Of a stretch of DNA of 64,000 nt, positions 9,503-18,506 are shown piece by piece. The position numbers and the translations under genes were made by a program. Origin of the DNA: Candidatus Pacearchaeota archaeon. GTDB taxonomy: Archaea > Nanobdellota > Nanobdellia > Pacearchaeales > JAPDKA01. How positions within the stretch are numbered: the stretch's first letter is position 1; the number at the start of each line of letters is the position of its first letter. The DNA lies in assembly GCA_038890875.1 (NCBI GenBank), contig JAWAFA010000002.1, forward strand, positions 35,356 through 99,355, read 5' to 3'. Under the pieces are notes generated by a model. That model ran no database searches. It saw only the letters and a list, made by a program, of their open reading frames with translations, and was not told where the DNA came from.

Positions 9503-11425
9503 ATGAAGGCGTTATTTTTGCATTGCAACAGTATTTATTTTAGGCCGCTACAAAAAGCGATACCCAGTGCTGAAGAAGTTTCGGAGAAATTAAAAAAAGA
9601 AGGTGAAAAAATTAATGAAGCATTAGTTGTATTTACGAGTGTAGAAGTTAATGACGATGAAGGTTGTGTTCTACAACTTACTGATGAGATAAAAAATGTT
9701 TTAAAGCAAATCAAGGCAAAAAATGTTGTTATCTACCCTTATGTCCACTTAAGCCAAAGTCCAGCTCAACCTAGTCTCGCATTAGACCTTTTAATGAAAG
9801 CAGAGAAAGAAGTAAAAAAACTTAAAGGGATAGAAGTTGTAAGAGCTCCATTTGGCTGGTATAAAGAGTTTGATATTAATGTTAAGGGCCATCCATTATC
9901 AGAATTAAGTCGAGAAATAAAACCTAGCGAAGCGAAAAGCAAAGAAAAAAAAGTTAGTGAAAAAGAGGAAATAAGTAAAGCATTAAAGGCTGAAGAAAAG
10001 GCAATAAGTAGTTGGTATATTCTTGATCTAGATGGAAATCTTCATAAAATAACTTTGAAAGGAGAAGAGATTAGTGGGTTTGATTTTTCTGAATATGAAA
10101 ATTTAGAAAAATTTGCAAGATATGAAATGAAAAAAATCAGAGCGGTTAATGTTGAACCACCACATGTTAAATACATGCGTGAGCTTGAACTTGTCGATTA
10201 TGAGAATGCTAGCGATCCAGGAAACTTTAGATTTTACCCCAAAGGTAAGATTATAAAGGCATTACTTGAGGAATTTGTAACAAAACAGATTCTTGATTAT
10301 GGTGCTCTTGAAGTTGAGACGCCAATTATGTATGACTTTGAACATCCAGCTTTAAAAGCATATCTTAATAAGTTTCCTGCTAGACAGTATTCAATTATCA
10401 CTCCAAATAAAAAAGTTTTTTTAAGATTTGCCGCTTGCTTTGGCCAATTCATTATGGCAAGCCAAGCAGGAATAAGTTATAAACACTTGCCACTTAGACT
10501 TTATGAACTTACAAAATATAGCTTTAGAGTTGAGCAGCATGGTGAGTTAGTCGGTTTACGTCGATTGCGTACTTTTACCATGCCTGATTGCCATTGCTTA
10601 TGCAAAGATTTAGAACAAGCTAAAGAAGAAATGAAGATAAGATTTGAATTAGCTAAAAGAACTTTAAAAGGGATTGGTTTCACCTTTCCAGATGATTTCG
10701 AATTAGGTATCAGAGTTACAAAAGATTTTTGGCAAGAGAATAATGAGTTTATTAAATCATTAGTAAAACTTTTTGGTAAACCAGCATTAATTGAAATGTG
10801 GCCAGAACGCTATTTTTATTTTGTGCTAAAATATGAGCTAAATTTTATAGATGCACTAAATAAAGCATCAGCACTAGCAACCGATCAAATTGATGTAGGC
10901 AATGCTCAAAATTATGGGATAACTTATATCGACAGTAATAATGAGAAAAAATATCCAGTAATCTTACATCTATCTCCTAGTGGGAGCATAGAGCGGGTTA
11001 TGTATGCTTTGCTTGAAAAAGCTTACCTTCAGGAAAAAGCTAGAAAAAAACCAAGTTTACCATTTTGGCTTAGCCCAATTCATGCAAGAATTGTCCCTGT
11101 TAGTGAAAAATATGTTGACGAAGCTATTGAAATAGCTAAAGACCTTAATGAGCATAATGAACTTAGAGTAGATGTTGATGATCGTGATTTACATGTTGGT
11201 TATAAAATTAGGCAAGCCGAAATGGAATGGATCCCTTATATTATTGTCATAGGCAAGAAAGAATTAGAGAACGAAGTGTTTACTGTAAGGATCCGCGAAA
11301 CTGGAGAAATTAAAGAGATACCTCCAGGAAAGTTTAGAGAGATGGTTAAAAATAAAATGGAAGGAATGCCGTTTCGACCTCTCTCTCTTCCATTCCTTCT
11401 TAGTAAAAGACCTAGATTTGTGTAA
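9503..11425 (+). CDS. thrS: Threonyl-tRNA synthetase, archaeal type with an N-terminal editing domain
   Basis: 640 aa. Archaeal-style N-terminus (MKALFLHCNSIYFRP), class II catalytic core and C-terminal anticodon-binding domain. Confidence 0.9.
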   Translation: MKALFLHCNSIYFRPLQKAIPSAEEVSEKLKKEGEKINEALVVFTSVEVNDDEGCVLQLTDEIKNVLKQIKAKNVVIYPYVHLSQSPAQPSLALDLLMKAEKEVKKLKGIEVVRAPFGWYKEFDINVKGHPLSELSREIKPSEAKSKEKKVSEKEEISKALKAEEKAISSWYILDLDGNLHKITLKGEEISGFDFSEYENLEKFARYEMKKIRAVNVEPPHVKYMRELELVDYENASDPGNFRFYPKGKIIKALLEEFVTKQILDYGALEVETPIMYDFEHPALKAYLNKFPARQYSIITPNKKVFLRFAACFGQFIMASQAGISYKHLPLRLYELTKYSFRVEQHGELVGLRRLRTFTMPDCHCLCKDLEQAKEEMKIRFELAKRTLKGIGFTFPDDFELGIRVTKDFWQENNEFIKSLVKLFGKPALIEMWPERYFYFVLKYELNFIDALNKASALATDQIDVGNAQNYGITYIDSNNEKKYPVILHLSPSGSIERVMYALLEKAYLQEKARKKPSLPFWLSPIHARIVPVSEKYVDEAIEIAKDLNEHNELRVDVDDRDLHVGYKIRQAEMEWIPYIIVIGKKELENEVFTVRIRETGEIKEIPPGKFREMVKNKMEGMPFRPLSLPFLLSKRPRFV

Positions 11426-11429
11426 AGAG

Positions 11430-11939
11430 ATGATAAAACAAAAGTTTGCTGAGTTGAAAAGACAACCAATATTTAAGCTTGAAAAAGGCTTTCAACTTTT
11501 TCTTGTTTTTTGCATAACTGATTCAAGCCTGAATATTGAGCAGATTGATTTCAGTTTTATAAGTTCAAATTCAAGCGGCAAAAATAAAAATGAGAAGGAA
11601 TATAAACCTCATAAAATAAAAAATTTCTCTTTTAAAGGAGGGGTTTGGCAGTTTCACAAAAGTGAAGAAGAAAAAAATTTTGGCACGATTAATATTAAGG
11701 ATGTAAAAGATATTCCAGAGCTTTTACCAAAAATTAAACACCTTTTGGAAGATAAAAAACTTAGTATTGACAAATTTATTTTTATACTAGAGAATAAAAA
11801 AGGCTCTGAAATTTACAGTGTGACTTGCCTGTGCAAAGACTTTTTTGTCTATAAGATAACATTTGACGCAAAAACTTTAAACTTACTCGATACAAAAATG
11901 CATAACTTGTTCGACTTTTTCCAGATTAAAAAAGTATAA
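11430..11939 (+). CDS. Hypothetical protein
   Basis: The ORF is open from a TTG at 11418. The first ATG, at 11430, lies just after the thrS stop. No recognisable motif. Confidence 0.4.
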   Translation: MIKQKFAELKRQPIFKLEKGFQLFLVFCITDSSLNIEQIDFSFISSNSSGKNKNEKEYKPHKIKNFSFKGGVWQFHKSEEEKNFGTINIKDVKDIPELLPKIKHLLEDKKLSIDKFIFILENKKGSEIYSVTCLCKDFFVYKITFDAKTLNLLDTKMHNLFDFFQIKKV

Positions 11940-11977
11940 AAGTATAAAAACTTATTGCTGCAAAAAGAAGCTGCTGA

Positions 11978-12429
11978 TTTTGCTTTTTCTCGCATTACTC
12001 TTTTTGTTGGTTTTATAAGCAAAATTCTTCAAAATTTGTCTCGAAAGCTAGCAATGAGATAGTAATTAATAACTTTGCTTTTGATCCACCAGAATTGATT
12101 GTTGATGCTGATACAGAAGTGATATGGAGGCAAGAAGACGATGTTGTTCACAATATTGTTTCAGATGAAAATTTATTTATGAGCGATGTGTTAAAAAAAA
12201 GGGAATCAAACAAAATTGCGGCTCTAAAAAAACAAAAGAAGATTGGGAAACTGTTTAAAGAGACATTGATTGTTAGTATTTGTGTCTCGTCTTAGATTTT
12301 TTATTTCACCTTCTTTTAACAAGACCGATGGAATCTTTGACTTACTTTATCATAAAACTTCTGGCTTTTTTTCTCGCAACAGGAATGCTTAGTTTAGCGA
12401 TTTTTAAAATAAAGAAAAAAAGAATATAG
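11978..12429 (+). pseudogene. Possible decayed cupredoxin-like (plastocyanin-fold) gene with a detached C-terminal membrane anchor
   Basis: Frame open from 11978 with no ATG. It reads NNFAFDPPELIVDADTEVIWRQEDDVVHNIVSDENLF, a cupredoxin N-terminal pattern that includes the first His ligand. It then stops (ICVSS*) where the Cys-His-Met ligand loop is expected. A separate 33-codon TM-anchor ORF occupies 12328..12429. Confidence 0.3.
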
Positions 12430-12622
12430 ATCATAACTTTAACTATTTGATTTTTAGCACTCTAATGTCAATTTATTATAGGGCATGGGAGCTAGGAGAA
12501 GCAAAAGTTTCATTTGGCTCGAGAGCGCCGGATATTATTTTTTTATCTCGAGACACCATCTTGTTTAGTCTAACATGGGGCTTGGGCATGCTTTGTTTTT
12601 TATTGTAGGAGTTATAATTGCA

Positions 12623-13765
12623 CTAAGTTAAAAAATTCCGTAAGAGCCACATCTCCTTTCTCACTTTACTTGTTGAACAATGTAGGGATTTACTTAGTTC
12701 TTCTACAAGTTTTTTTTCTTCACTAACCTTCCTTCGATAAAGTTCAATAAAATAAGAAGGATAGCTATATTTTACAAATACTTTAGTTTTTTTATTAGCA
12801 ATGTTAGCATAAGGCCCAACTGCGCATAAAAAGATGTTTACATAAGCAAGAAAACGCCAATACTGCCATCTTATGATTCTGTGAATGTATAGATCTGCCA
12901 AGCTAAGCATTTCATAAGCTCTTGCTAATGCTTCTTTTTCATACTCACGATACAAATTTTCATCAATCCATCTAATAATCTCTTCCATTTCAATATCAAC
13001 ATTTTCAAAAAGTTCTGATGTAAGGATAGTTGAATTAAACAATAACCTTAGTGCATCAAAAATTTTTTGTTCTTTGTCTCTTGACGAAAATCGCAAGTAT
13101 TCACTCACTTCCCCAAGTAAAACTTTTTTATTCCTCTCAGCAAGAGTTTGCAAGTCATTTATAGCTGCACGTGCATCACCTTTAGCATTAGCTGCAATAA
13201 GTTTTAATGTTTCATCACTAACATCGATCTTCTCATTTTTTGCAACTCGTTTTAGTATTTTTATAATATCAACGATGCTCAATTTCTTTGTTTCGATGAT
13301 TAATTGATGTTTTTTTCTTAATTCCGTGAATCTTTTATTGTAAGGATCATTAGTAATCAAGAGAATTGGGTAGGGAGAACTATCAATAATTAATGAAAGT
13401 TCAGCTAAACCGCCCCTATCTTCTTGCCCTGAAATACCTTCTAATTCATCAATAATTATCAACTTGTTTTTATCAAATAAACTCTTCTGTTTTATTGCTT
13501 CACTAACTGTTTGTTTTATGTGTGCTTTGTCACGAAAATCACTGGCATTTAGCTCTATGAGCTCGAGTTTAAGTTGATTGGCTAAGGCATAAGCTAAAGC
13601 AGTTTTGCCTGTACCAGGCGGTCCATAGATTATGCATGCTTTAGCTTTTTCTTTTATATTTTCATAATTTTTGATAAAACTATATACTTTTATCTTTTCT
13701 TCTTCCAAATTTTGTAATTCATTTAAATTGCGTGGCCTATATTTTTCCGCCCATATTTCAGCCAT
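12623..13765 (-). CDS. rfcL: Replication factor C, large subunit
   Basis: WAEKYRP start, Walker A GPPGTGKTA, Walker B IIIDELEG. Adjacent to rfcS. Confidence 0.85.
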   Translation of the reverse strand: MAEIWAEKYRPRNLNELQNLEEEKIKVYSFIKNYENIKEKAKACIIYGPPGTGKTALAYALANQLKLELIELNASDFRDKAHIKQTVSEAIKQKSLFDKNKLIIIDELEGISGQEDRGGLAELSLIIDSSPYPILLITNDPYNKRFTELRKKHQLIIETKKLSIVDIIKILKRVAKNEKIDVSDETLKLIAANAKGDARAAINDLQTLAERNKKVLLGEVSEYLRFSSRDKEQKIFDALRLLFNSTILTSELFENVDIEMEEIIRWIDENLYREYEKEALARAYEMLSLADLYIHRIIRWQYWRFLAYVNIFLCAVGPYANIANKKTKVFVKYSYPSYFIELYRRKVSEEKKLVEELSKSLHCSTSKVRKEMWLLRNFLT

Positions 13766-13775
13766 TTTGGTGTTT

Positions 13776-14762
13776 TTATTTTCCCAATGAAGAAATAAAA
13801 GCGATCAAGCTTTCTAATTGAATTAACTCATCAGCTCCTTCAACAAGTCTAAATTCAATCTCAGCAATTTTTTCTATTAATTTTACCTTTTTTTCGATTG
13901 GCATATCCCTTTCAAGTAATTCTTTTTGTATTGTTTTTATAATATCAGTTCCATAAACTCCTTGATTGATTAAAATTTTAAAAAGAATTTCTCGTGCTTT
14001 CTCAAAATTTCCATTTAAGGCATTTGTTAGCATTTCCGCAACATCTTTTGGTTTAGCTTCAGCAATAATACTATAAACAACATCTTCAGTAATTATTTTA
14101 TTAACACTAGCACATGTTTGCAACAAATTTATTGCTCTTCGGCAATCCCCTTCGCTAATATCATAAAGCGCCCTAATAGCATTTTTATCTATTTTCAATT
14201 TTTCTGCTTTTGCAATTTTCTCAATAATTTTTTCAATATCATTTTCTGTCAAGGGTTTAAATCGGAAAAGGCTAGTTCTTGATTGTATTGGATCGATAAT
14301 CTTACTTGAATAATTACAACTTAAGATGAAGCGACAAGTTGTAGTAAAATTTTCCATTGTCCTTCTTAGTGCTTGTTGCGCTTCTTTTGTTAATGCATCT
14401 GCTTCATCAAGGAATATGATCTTGAATGGCACATTACCAATAGCTTTAGTCCTAGCAAAATCTTTAACTTTTAGTCTTATTACATTTATTCCTCGCTCAT
14501 CACTTGCATTTAGTTCAAGATAGTTTTCTCTCCAATTTTTTCCGAATAGATTTTTTACAATTACTAATGCCAATGTAGTTTTGCCTGTCCCTGCCGGGCC
14601 AGCGAAAAGCAGGTGAGGCATATTTCGCTGTTCAACGAAAGCTTTAGCACGCCTTACAATTTCATCTTGGCCGATGATTTCACTAAACTCGCTTGGTCTA
14701 TATTTCTCTGCCCACACTGTTTCTTCGTAACTCTCAAGCTTGCCTTCTTTTATTTCTTTCAT
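13776..14762 (-). CDS. rfcS: Replication factor C, small subunit
   Basis: WAEKYRP, GPAGTGKTT, IIFLDEADALT, and an SRC-region equivalent (IQSRTSLFRF). Confidence 0.93.
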   Translation of the reverse strand: MKEIKEGKLESYEETVWAEKYRPSEFSEIIGQDEIVRRAKAFVEQRNMPHLLFAGPAGTGKTTLALVIVKNLFGKNWRENYLELNASDERGINVIRLKVKDFARTKAIGNVPFKIIFLDEADALTKEAQQALRRTMENFTTTCRFILSCNYSSKIIDPIQSRTSLFRFKPLTENDIEKIIEKIAKAEKLKIDKNAIRALYDISEGDCRRAINLLQTCASVNKIITEDVVYSIIAEAKPKDVAEMLTNALNGNFEKAREILFKILINQGVYGTDIIKTIQKELLERDMPIEKKVKLIEKIAEIEFRLVEGADELIQLESLIAFISSLGK

Positions 14763-14791
14763 TTTTGTTTTTTATTTATTTTCACTTATTT

Positions 14792-15508
14792 TTACTTATT
14801 TTTAACTTTTTTTGTCGGTCTTATCAATGACATTATTTCATCATCACTTATTGAACAACCATACGCTTTAGCCCCGTACATCAGAGCATCTAATCCTTCT
14901 CTTTCTTCTTCAAAACCAGTTTTCTTTTTTTCATAACCAATAAACAAAATCTCACTAGAGCGAATTATTTTTATCCTTTTACTCTTGAAAAATGTGGCAA
15001 GTTCATTGTCTATATAAATTTTTTTATGGACTTTATTTGCAATAAGTTCAGCAACGCTTGCCGGATTTTCCAGAATCATCCTTGTTGTCCTTTCATCAAT
15101 AACTAAAGCTTTGTTATTTATTTTTAATAATTCATAGACAGCAATACAGCTTGCCTCTCCTCGATGAACTAAATTTATTTTTTCATGGTCAGTATAAACT
15201 ATTGAATTAATTTTTTCCAGTATCTCTTGAGTTTTTGTAATTATTTCCTGACCACCAACAACTTCTAATACTCTACCTTCAACCAGTTTTTTTATCATAA
15301 GTGCCCGTAACTCATATTTTTTTATTTCCATAGGCACATTTACACATTCATTATAGACATCTTGTGTAATTAAAAACTTACCATCAAAACCAACTTTAAG
15401 TTCCTTTAATAGATCATTCATTCCTAACATATTTAAAGTTATTAGACTTGATGAATCAAAGATTAATGCCTTATTTGCTTTTATTTCATCAATTTTTAAT
15501 ATCCTCAT
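14792..15508 (-). CDS. PIN-domain protein (COG2405/DUF3368-like) with a C-terminal extension
   Basis: Acidic and PIN-type motifs: LIFDSSSLI, YNEC, RGEASCIAVYELL, LVIDERTTR. The preferred ATG at 15508 lies 1 nt after the upstream stop. The track ORF extends to 15547. Confidence 0.5.
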   Translation of the reverse strand: MRILKIDEIKANKALIFDSSSLITLNMLGMNDLLKELKVGFDGKFLITQDVYNECVNVPMEIKKYELRALMIKKLVEGRVLEVVGGQEIITKTQEILEKINSIVYTDHEKINLVHRGEASCIAVYELLKINNKALVIDERTTRMILENPASVAELIANKVHKKIYIDNELATFFKSKRIKIIRSSEILFIGYEKKKTGFEEEREGLDALMYGAKAYGCSISDDEIMSLIRPTKKVKNK

Positions 15509-15509
15509 T

Positions 15510-16139
15510 TTATTCAAAAAGTTCATGCACAATTTTGATCCTTTCAAAGATCGGCTTGGTGATTGTTAAAGGTACATTTGCTATACCTGTTTGGCCAATA
15601 TATTCTGCTAATTCCCATTGCGTTATTCCTAAAATCTCAGCAGTCTTACCAAAACTTATACCATGTTCATATATTCGCGAACCTTTGTTTATTCTTGCTT
15701 TTCTAAAAACTTGAATAACATAATCTCGTAGATGACCACTTAATTTATTAACACTTGTAGTTATATTATTTAAACTAGTTCTAAACATTTCTAAATTTTT
15801 TTCTTTCAAAGCCTGGTAACATATTTCGACATCTTTTTTAATTGTCTCATAAAATTCTGGCCATTCTTTATATTCTCTATATTTTGGTCTTTCTATTATT
15901 TTTGCTAAAGCATAGATAATGACGGCAATGCTTATGCTCTCAGTATCTTGATAAATACTTGCACTGTGAATAGTAAGATTACTTAACTCTTTAATTTTAA
16001 GTGCATTCCCTTCTTTAAGGTAAATATTTAAATTTTCGAAGATTTTTAGAACATGTTCATGCTCTCTTAATTCTCTTAACCCTCCTAATTCTTTATTTTC
16101 TTGGCTTTGATTATTTGTCATAGAAAAAAATAAAAACAA
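15510..16139 (-). CDS. UPF0175-like HTH protein (antitoxin-like C-terminus) with a long N-terminal helical domain
   Basis: C-terminal GISFGKTAEILGITQWELAEYIGQTGI matches the UPF0175/COG2886 pattern. Sits immediately upstream of the PIN gene. An alternative start exists at 16121. Confidence 0.45.
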   Translation of the reverse strand: MFLFFSMTNNQSQENKELGGLRELREHEHVLKIFENLNIYLKEGNALKIKELSNLTIHSASIYQDTESISIAVIIYALAKIIERPKYREYKEWPEFYETIKKDVEICYQALKEKNLEMFRTSLNNITTSVNKLSGHLRDYVIQVFRKARINKGSRIYEHGISFGKTAEILGITQWELAEYIGQTGIANVPLTITKPIFERIKIVHELFE

Positions 16140-16157
16140 GTATATATAAGTCTTTTT

Positions 16158-16445
16158 ATGACAATTATGATTAATTTTGAAATCCCTAAGCTAATAAGAT
16201 TAATAAAAGCGAAAAAAGCAAAACTTGTGCTACTTCAGTTCCCTGATGGTTTAAAACCAAGAGCATTAGAAATTGCGAGTGCTATTGAAAGTAAAACAAA
16301 GGCGAGATGTTTTATTTGGCTTGGAAGTTGCTTTGGTGCTTGCGATATCCCTCAAAATGAAAAAATTGAAAATTTTGATTTGATAATTAGTTTTGGTCAT
16401 TCTCTCTGGCCTTTTAAGAAAAAAATCAAAGCTAAAGAGCTTTAA
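16158..16445 (+). pseudogene. dph2: Truncated Dph2 (diphthamide synthesis radical-SAM enzyme) N-terminal fragment
   Basis: 95 aa: EIPKLIRLIKAKKAKLVLLQFPDGL...GACDIP...DLIISFGHS matches the first ~85 residues of archaeal Dph2 (~340 aa). The ORF then stops, and a convergent gene begins 13 nt later. Confidence 0.55.
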
Positions 16446-16457
16446 GAATTTGATGCC

Positions 16458-17870
16458 TTACTCAGTTTCAGATTCTTTTTCAATAAATAAAGTAGCTGTA
16501 TTACTTTGTTTGATAATCTTGTGACCTTTTACATCAATGTACTTTAGCTTGGCTGGAGGCAACTCAAGACGGCCTTCATATTTTAATTTACTCACACAAA
16601 TATAATTTATGTTTTTCTCCTCTCCAGGAAGTATTTCTCCAATCTTCCAATAAAGCTTATTATTCTCAACTTTATCAGGAATAGTTATCCCATACTCGTG
16701 ATATTTCATTGATAGAGGAATGAAATCAAGTAAAGCAACATCTTTTAATGGCGAAAAGGTTTTGTTTTTTATTGTTAAATATACTCTAAGTGCGAAACCT
16801 GCTTTTGTTTTAACTTTTCTTGCTTCTTTTATTATGACTATGTATTGTCTCATAGTAAAGTAAACAAGTAAAGCGAGTATAATGATAATTACTAGAGGTA
16901 TAATAAGCCAAGCATAATTAACTTTAATATCAATACTCACACTCTCGCCAGGCTGTAAGAAGCTTTCAAAAACATAAACATATTTTCCTTCTCTTTTCTT
17001 AACTTCAATTGGCTCTGCACTAGCTTTGGCAAAAAGCTTTTCAAAAGCACTAAGAGGTATTTCAAATATGACTTTAGTTGCGGCATTGCCTAAATTTGTC
17101 TTTTTAACTCCAATTGTTTTTCCAATAAAGATTATATTTTCATAAGTTTTACTTACAATATTTTTATATTCACTAATCAAGATACTTGCCTCAAATCTGT
17201 ATTTTTCATTTTCTTTTTCACCTGATGCCAAAACAAAAACAACAAGTTTTTCACCAGCTTTCTCCTGCATTAATTTTTCATTAATTTTTAGTGTCAATTC
17301 TTTTTCTTCGTAAGGCTTTAAAGAAATCTCTTGTTTTCCTTCAATAAATTCAGACTCGGAACTAAAGATTAGCTTATCAAAACCAATATTAAGATTATTT
17401 TTTATTTTTACCTTAAGTTCACTATCTCCATAGTTGAGAGGTTGAAAAACAATATTAAATGCATTTTTTGCTTTGATTATTTCAAAAGTATACCTATCTT
17501 CATAAACTTCTTGGGAATTTTTAATATAATAAGTATAAGTATATTTTCCTGGAATTCTTAATTTAGGATAAATAGTGAGTTTGATATCTTTAGTTTCCAT
17601 TCCATCAAATTTTATTGAATCTGAAGGGAAAAGCAAAACATCAAGCAAGGAGAAAAATTTATAATAATCAGTAAAAATTTGAGTATTTTTAACTTGAAGA
17701 GTATATTCAAGAGGGATATTAGCAAATTCTGCAACAATTATATCTCTTACTGGTGTTTTTTTAAATACAAATGTTTCTTGAGCTTGAACTAAAGAACTAA
17801 ACAATATTATGATTAGAAAAATTTCAAACAAATAAACCAGCTCATTTTTTATTTTAATCATTGCATTCAT
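16458..17870 (-). CDS. Membrane protein with a large beta-rich extracellular region and a DUF11/CARDB-like C-terminal domain
   Basis: N-terminal signal anchor. TM helix near residue 320 (YAWLIIPLVIIIILALLVYF). Beta-strand-like repeats. No enzyme motif. Confidence 0.55.
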   Translation of the reverse strand: MNAMIKIKNELVYLFEIFLIIILFSSLVQAQETFVFKKTPVRDIIVAEFANIPLEYTLQVKNTQIFTDYYKFFSLLDVLLFPSDSIKFDGMETKDIKLTIYPKLRIPGKYTYTYYIKNSQEVYEDRYTFEIIKAKNAFNIVFQPLNYGDSELKVKIKNNLNIGFDKLIFSSESEFIEGKQEISLKPYEEKELTLKINEKLMQEKAGEKLVVFVLASGEKENEKYRFEASILISEYKNIVSKTYENIIFIGKTIGVKKTNLGNAATKVIFEIPLSAFEKLFAKASAEPIEVKKREGKYVYVFESFLQPGESVSIDIKVNYAWLIIPLVIIIILALLVYFTMRQYIVIIKEARKVKTKAGFALRVYLTIKNKTFSPLKDVALLDFIPLSMKYHEYGITIPDKVENNKLYWKIGEILPGEEKNINYICVSKLKYEGRLELPPAKLKYIDVKGHKIIKQSNTATLFIEKESETE

Positions 17871-17981
17871 TGTAAAAGCATATGCTTATTTCTTTAAAAA
17901 CTTTTCTCTACTTGAATACTAAAAATATAGCTGACGAAAAATTTAAAAATAAAAACCTACTAACTTTTTAGTTAAAATAAG

Positions 17982-18137
17982 ATGGCAGAGTTAAAAAAAT
18001 TTCAATGTGGAAATTGTGGGTATGAATTTAATTCATATAGACAACCAAAACTTTGTCCCTATTGTGGCAAGGAAAATAGTGTTACGCCTATAAAAACAGC
18101 AAGTGAAATTTTAAATGAGATAACTAGTGAAGAATAA
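17982..18137 (+). CDS. Small zinc-ribbon protein (51 aa)
   Basis: MAELKKFQCGNCGYEFNSYRQPKLCPYCGKENSV... has CxxC-x13-CxxC. Below the ORF-track size cutoff. Confidence 0.45.
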   Translation: MAELKKFQCGNCGYEFNSYRQPKLCPYCGKENSVTPIKTASEILNEITSEE

Positions 18138-18240
18138 AACAAGAGATTAAAAAGACAGCTTGAATTCATCATATTTTTCACAAGCTTCGTTGATATCGAA
18201 AGATTTTTAAATAAAATATTTTTAAAATTAAATTCAAAAA

Positions 18241-18270
18241 GTTCAAATAAGTTTAAATAAGTTTAAATAA
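18241..18270 (+). promoter_or_regulatory. Tandem 10-bp repeat carrying consensus TATA boxes upstream of rpoH
   Basis: gttcaaataa / gtttaaataa / gtttaaataa. TTTAAATA at 18252..18259 and 18262..18269. The rpoH ATG is at 18284, so the mRNA is probably leaderless or has a very short leader. Confidence 0.4.
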
Positions 18271-18283
18271 GTGTTTATCAATC

Positions 18284-18505
18284 ATGGTGCACGTATTACA
18301 ACCAAAACATTCTATATTGAGTAAGAAAGAAGGTGAAGAATTATTAGAAAAATATAATATAAGTAAAGAGCAGTTACCAAAGATAAAAGTAAGTGATCCT
18401 GCTCTACCAAAAGAAGCAAAAGTAGGAGATATAATCAAGATAGAAAGGAAAAGCGAAGAAGGCGAGGGAAAAAAAGTTGTTTATTATAGAGTTGTTGTTA
18501 AGTAA
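18284..18505 (+). CDS. rpoH: DNA-directed RNA polymerase subunit H (Rpb5 homologue)
   Basis: HVLQPKHSILSKKEGEELLEKYNI...LPKI...DP...GDIIKIER...YYRVV. First gene of the RNAP operon. Confidence 0.9.
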   Translation: MVHVLQPKHSILSKKEGEELLEKYNISKEQLPKIKVSDPALPKEAKVGDIIKIERKSEEGEGKKVVYYRVVVK

Positions 18506-18506
18506 A

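Noticed and set aside
12095-12295. Track ORF of 66 aa with a TTG start, considered as an intact gene.
   Set aside because: The same frame is open upstream without an ATG, and the protein ends before the cupredoxin ligand loop. It is better explained as part of a pseudogene (see the 11978..12429 feature).
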